A stretch of 64,000 nt of DNA, taken from Yuukianura sp. NJ FZ-2021. Its lineage: Eukaryota. Below are positions 59,720 to 64,000 of the stretch, piece after piece; positions within the stretch are counted from its first letter, which is position 1; the number at the start of each line of letters is the position of its first letter. Below the pieces are notes generated by a model that was given only the letters and a program-made list of their open reading frames with translations, did no database searches and was not told the DNA's origin. The position numbers and the translations under genes were made by a program. The DNA lies in assembly GCA_046563655.1 (NCBI GenBank), contig CM102286.1:9734001-9798000 (forward strand), given 5' to 3'.

Positions 59720-61338
59720 TTACCCCGCAAAAAATTTTCCTCCGCGTCGGCAACTAGATCCTCTTCTAGTACCGATAATTATACTAAATGTACAATGGTT
59801 AACTTTACACTGCACTCTGTATCTCCATTTTGGTCATATGCGACCTTTGACACGGATTGGAGCCCACGAGTGGACTCCTAAATGACTATGAGAGCCGTCG
59901 CAACGACTCTGATCACTTCACTATGAACAACCGCAGTTATCCTTATATTTTCACTAATTTTACCAAATTTTCGGGTCAAATCACACTTGACCTGGATGAC
60001 CTCCCTGGCCTTTGGTAGTTGAGACACGAACGGTCGCCACTGTGTAGCGGCCTCGCACCGCTACTCTGCTAAAATATGGCCGCAGCCACGCCCTCAGACT
60101 CCAAATCACTGATCAGCAGATCCACACAACTCCCAAAAGACCAGAAAACTCACCAACACTGGAAACCACATCAGCGGTTAAATATATAATATATATTTAA
60201 TACGCTGAAATAATAATATAAACAATAAAACAACTAATCACTCATAATATACAACTGATCTCCCACCTCCTCTCGTAACACCCAAAACCAGACTACCCCT
60301 CAACTATATACAAAATCCTCTGCTCGCTCGCTCCTCGCCTCCACTCAAATCTACCGCGAGCCACATCATCATCTCAACCTGCCCCTATCCTAGCACTACC
60401 CTAACGCTATGGACGAGCAGGCGTCTCAGTAGAAACTTCGCTCACGGGGGGTTCTAGGGGCCGATGCAAACTTTTTAAATCATTTAAAAATTATTTCCCG
60501 CTTGACGAACTCAGGGGTTTTAGTATTCAAAAGTTTGAATTCTGAAAGTGGAGAGAGGCGATTCTGCCATCGCTCTAGTATGAGTCCTCCTGGACGTGGC
60601 CAAATTTACGACATTTCCCAAAAACATACAAGAGTTAGCGGTCAAATTTTGAAGTTACGGCCTCATGCAAACCGGGTAGAAACTTCGCTCACGGGGGGTT
60701 CTAGGGGCCGATGCAAACTTTTTAAATCATTTAAAAATTATTTCCCGCTTGACGAACTCAGGGGTTTTAGTATTCAAAAGTTTGAATTCTGAAAGTGGAG
60801 AGAGGCGATTCTGCCATCGCTCTAGTATGAGTCCTCCTGGACGTGGCCAAATTTACGACATTTCCCAAAAACATACAAGAGTTAGCGGTCAAATTTTGAA
60901 GTTACGGCCTCATGCAAACCGGGTAGAAACTTCGCTCACGGGGGGTTCTAGGGGCCGATGCAAACTTTTTAAATCGTTTAAAAATTATTTCCCGCTTGAC
61001 GAACTCAGGGGTTTTAGTATTCAAAAGTTTGAATTCTGAAAGTGGAGAGAGGCGATTCTGCCATCGCTCTAGTATGAGTCGTCCCTGGACGTGGCCAAAT
61101 TTACGACATTTCCCAAAAACATACAAGAGTTAGCGGTCAAATTTTGAAGTTACGACCTCATGCAAACCGGGTAGAAACTTCGCTCACGGGGGGTTCTAGG
61201 GGCCGATGCAAACTTTTTAAATCATTTAAAAATTATTTCCCGCTTGACGAACTCAGGGGTTTTAGTATTCAAAAGTTTGAATTCTGAAAGTGGAGAGAGG
61301 CGATTCTGCCATCGCTCTAGTATGAGTCGTCCCTGGAC

Positions 61339-61477
61339 AGTTACAGCTTCAGTTACATGAAAACGGTTTCTCAATTCGTCCATAGTTTTGCGGTAGGCCG
61401 GTCTAAATGTCGTATCAATTGTCAACTCCCTCCTGAAGACCTATGCTCAACACTTGAGCATCGTCCTACCTTGTTTT
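61339..61477 (+). mobile_element. 3' end of a Helentron/HINE-like element directly joined to the 248-bp array
   Basis: CTCCTGAAGAC subTIR, ATGCTCAA-CAC-TTGAGCAT hairpin, then a T-rich end. Confidence 0.6.
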
Positions 61478-61619
61478 AAATTTGATTTGTCTTTTGAATT
61501 TCGCCCTAAATTTTTGATTTCTTTCATGCGCTAATAGTTTCGTCTAGTTGGGGCACATTTCTTCCAGTGGAAGTGGCAATTTAACCAATGTATCTACGTT
61601 TAAGCATACAGCAACACTG
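61478..61619. mobile_element. Diverged right half of the hAT MITE family seen at 31214-31612
   Basis: Colinear similarity (TGAATTTCGC...TAGTTTCGTC...CTTCCAGTGG...GTGGCAATTTA...CAACACTG). Confidence 0.6.
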
Positions 61620-62487
61620 CTCTGCCCACTTGTGTTACGTCTGCTTATGTGAAAAGATATTACGTGAAATGTACTTCATATTACAAACAGTTTAAAAAAG
61701 TATTCGCGTTCATTCTAGAAGCCTTTCTCAAAGCTCTCAAAATCCGTCAAATCCGGATTTCAACTTTTCAGAATCCGGATTTTGGATAATCCGAATCCGT
61801 CAAAAAATCAGGATTTGAATCCGGAGCCAAAATCCGGATTCCGACCCATAGCCCCATCGCAGTCGGAGGGTTATCTATGGCTCAAGTGTTTTTAGTAGGT
61901 CTACATTGTAGTTAAAGTCATACATTTACAACGTAGAAGTGGGCGGCTGCTTTACGTACCCGCAGTATCATGGCTCCGCAAAACTGTTTTGGTTTCGATT
62001 GCACTCAAAGTATTTATAAACAACGGAGTTTTGATCTTGTCATTTTCTGACCGTATGTTTAGTCACGTTGTTAAATTAAGACTGATTAGAGTGTAGAAAA
62101 TCCGGCTTAAATTGGTAACATGTAAACAGTGGATGACAACGGTACTTTGATGCTGGGCAATGAAAGTTGTTATTTCAAAATTTGTGCATATTGCAGAACA
62201 TCTTTCAACATACATCTTTTAGAATGATGAATACATCCGAATAATTGAATGGCTTCGCGGAACAAGGGGCAAACTGGAATTGGCAATTTGAGTTTCCATG
62301 GGCAACGAGTTGCGTGTTGGCTTTTCTGCTGAAATCGGACAAGAAAAAACCGCTAAATCGGTCTGAAAAACCGTTTTTTCGCCAGATTTTGTTTGTTTGA
62401 AAATTGAAAAAGAAAACGTCAAAACGTCAAAAGTTTGCCCCATGTTCCGCGAAGCCATTCAATTGTGCATTTTTTTTAATAGCTAAC

Positions 62488-62607
62488 ACAACAGAACTGT
62501 ATTATAAGTAATAAATTTCATCGAATTCTTTTCCTGGAGTAATAGTTCCGAGAATTGAGGCTGAATTCCCACGTTGAATAGCTAAACTAATTCGTTGTAG
62601 AAGGAGT
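62488..62607 (-). mobile_element. Short 3' fragment of the CRE-like retrotransposon
   Basis: Close match to 63348-63462. Confidence 0.7.
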
Positions 62608-62832
62608 GCATTTAGATGAACAGATTTAAGGGCATTCTAATTTTGTGCATACTTGAGAACAATTTGATGCAAAAATGTTGTGCATCAAAAAATTTGAACA
62701 GAGTGAAATTTGAGCTAATCTTGAACAACATTTTCATGCAAACGGTTTTTTCACATATTGGTGCAATTGTGCACAAAAAGGCCCCATATCTCCACTGAAA
62801 ATTATGAGCCACGTTTCGTTGCATAAATCTTG

Positions 62833-62952
62833 TGAAAACGGTTTCTTAACGTTTTTACTGCGTTTGCGGACAGCCGGTTGAAGAACCGTATCAATTGCCA
62901 ACTCCCTCCAGAAGACCTATGCTCAACCCTTGAGCATCGCCCTACCTTTTGT
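62833..62952 (+). mobile_element. Second Helentron/HINE-like 3' end
   Basis: CTCCAGAAGAC plus ATGCTCAA-CCC-TTGAGCAT hairpin plus CCCTACCTTTT. Confidence 0.6.
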
Positions 62953-62982
62953 AATTTTGAACTTAAATTTACTATATTTAAA

Positions 62983-63214
62983 TTAATAAACGTTTAAGTG
63001 TACTTTAGATGTGGTTAACTAAGTGAAACTATTTGGAATTAGAGGAGATTTTATTTAATAGTAGAGTTTAAACTCGCGAACTGGAAATACTGCGTACCTA
63101 ACATCATTGACCTCTGAAAATTACAGTTTTGTTGCAAGTGTTTCGAACAGTAGTTGGGTTGGGTCGATTGTCAGCGGTTAACCACATCTAAAGTAAATTT
63201 AAACGTTAAATTAA
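62983..63214. mobile_element. Small MITE-like inverted repeat
   Basis: AACGTTTAAGTGTACTTTAGATGTGGTTAAC versus GTTAACCACATCTAAAGTAAATTTAAACGTT. Confidence 0.5.
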
Positions 63215-63298
63215 CTATCTACATCTAAAGTTAATATGTACGTCTAGCAGTCTTAACCACTACTAGTCACAATTTCCAGAATCAAAGATAAGGGTTGA

Positions 63299-64000
63299 TT
63301 TTTTTTTTACTATTTTACGTTTTTCTTTTACTACTTCATTTTTTTTGCAGAACTGTATTATAAGTAATAAATTTCATCCAATTCTTTTCCGGGGGTAATA
63401 GTTCCGAGAATTGAGGCTGAATTCCCACGTTGGATAGCTATACTAATTCGTTGCAGAAGGAAGGCGGTTGACTTCGGTTCGCCAGTGTAATCAGTAATAC
63501 GATGTCCAATGGATTTGATGAGTTTTAAACCTTCGACCCCGAATACTCCTGATGTTTCCACTGCGATGATGCTCACGATGAATTCAGTTTCCAAGTCGGC
63601 GTAAAGGTTGGGCTTGTGGCCTTCTGCCAGAGAAGCAGCGTGTCCGAACTTCACAGAAGAGGCCTGAAGGTAGGATGTAGCATAGGTATCACGACAGGTG
63701 AAATCCCAAGCTAAAGAGCGTCCAGATTTCCAGGGGATGAGGGTGACTCCGTCCGGGCGTTTGCCGTCGCTTCTGGAACATCCAGGGGGTTCCTTGAGAC
63801 ATGGTATTCCTGACGATTATAGAGCTCTGTAGATCAGGTCATTCACTGAGTCGTGTCTTGACATTCGTCCTGCGCTTTTCTGACAACTGAGACCATGCAG
63901 TCCATCACTGGAAACATGAACACCGCACTTACATTGGTGAGGTAAGCAGATGTCACTTCCAAGCCGAAGACAACAAGCAATTCTGAAGCAATCATTGGAG
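63299..64000 (-). mobile_element. 3' part of a CRE-clade-like non-LTR retrotransposon (zinc knuckle plus restriction-like endonuclease), with one in-frame stop
   Basis: Manual translation: [16 protein letters not shown]...HGLSC...[25 protein letters not shown]...DGKRPDGVTLIPWKSGRSLAWDFTCRDT...QRISIAIQRGNSASILGT; poly(A) at about 63299-63308. Confidence 0.85.

Larger units (their letters stand above)
56770..60428 (-). mobile_element. Non-autonomous Ty3/Gypsy-like LTR retrotransposon (3659 bp)
   Basis: LTRs 56770-57156 and 60043-60428 (TG...CA); 4-bp TSD GTAG; PBS TGGCGACCGT (tRNA-Arg type) next to the 5' LTR; PPT GGAAGGGGGAA at about 57159-57169; gag present, no RT. Confidence 0.9.
38134..61338. 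repeat. Highly homogeneous satellite array, unit about 248 bp, roughly 55 monomers, interrupted by five insertions
   Basis: Unit TAGTATTCAAAAGTTTGAATTCTGAAAGTGGAGAGAGGCG...GAACTCAGGGGTTT repeated head to tail. Monomer count estimated from array length minus inserts. Confidence 0.97.

Noticed and set aside
38134..61338. Many repeated short ORFs (MKLRPHANRVETSL..., MTNSGVLVFK...) and a CRISPR-like appearance
   Set aside because: They are translations of the satellite unit, with frames changing at homopolymer indels. There are no unique spacers or cas genes, and the context is eukaryotic.

Overview
Eukaryotic (animal, probably arthropod) genomic DNA; the species cannot be identified from sequence alone. 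The first 23 kb holds host genes: a 7SL/SRP RNA gene (- strand), a two-exon secreted parallel beta-helix protein, and a multi-exon ESRP/fusilli splicing-regulator gene with two alternative C-termini. The remaining 40 kb is nested mobile DNA. A decayed CR1-group LINE is split between ORF1 and ORF2 by a 7.9 kb non-autonomous Maverick/Polinton-like element (AGTAG...CTACT ends, long TIRs, 6-bp TSD) carrying an intact BIR+RING inhibitor-of-apoptosis gene and other cargo. Two satellite arrays follow (144-bp and about 248-bp units), associated with Helentron/HINE-type ends. The 248-bp array contains three copies of a 1.36 kb ORF1-only retroposon, an EnSpm/CMC-type element, and a non-autonomous Gypsy-like LTR element with an intact -1 frameshift signal leading into a degenerate but open pol remnant. 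The window ends in a CRE-like non-LTR retrotransposon. All family assignments come from motif recognition by eye; no database searches were run. Homopolymer indels may be sequencing errors.
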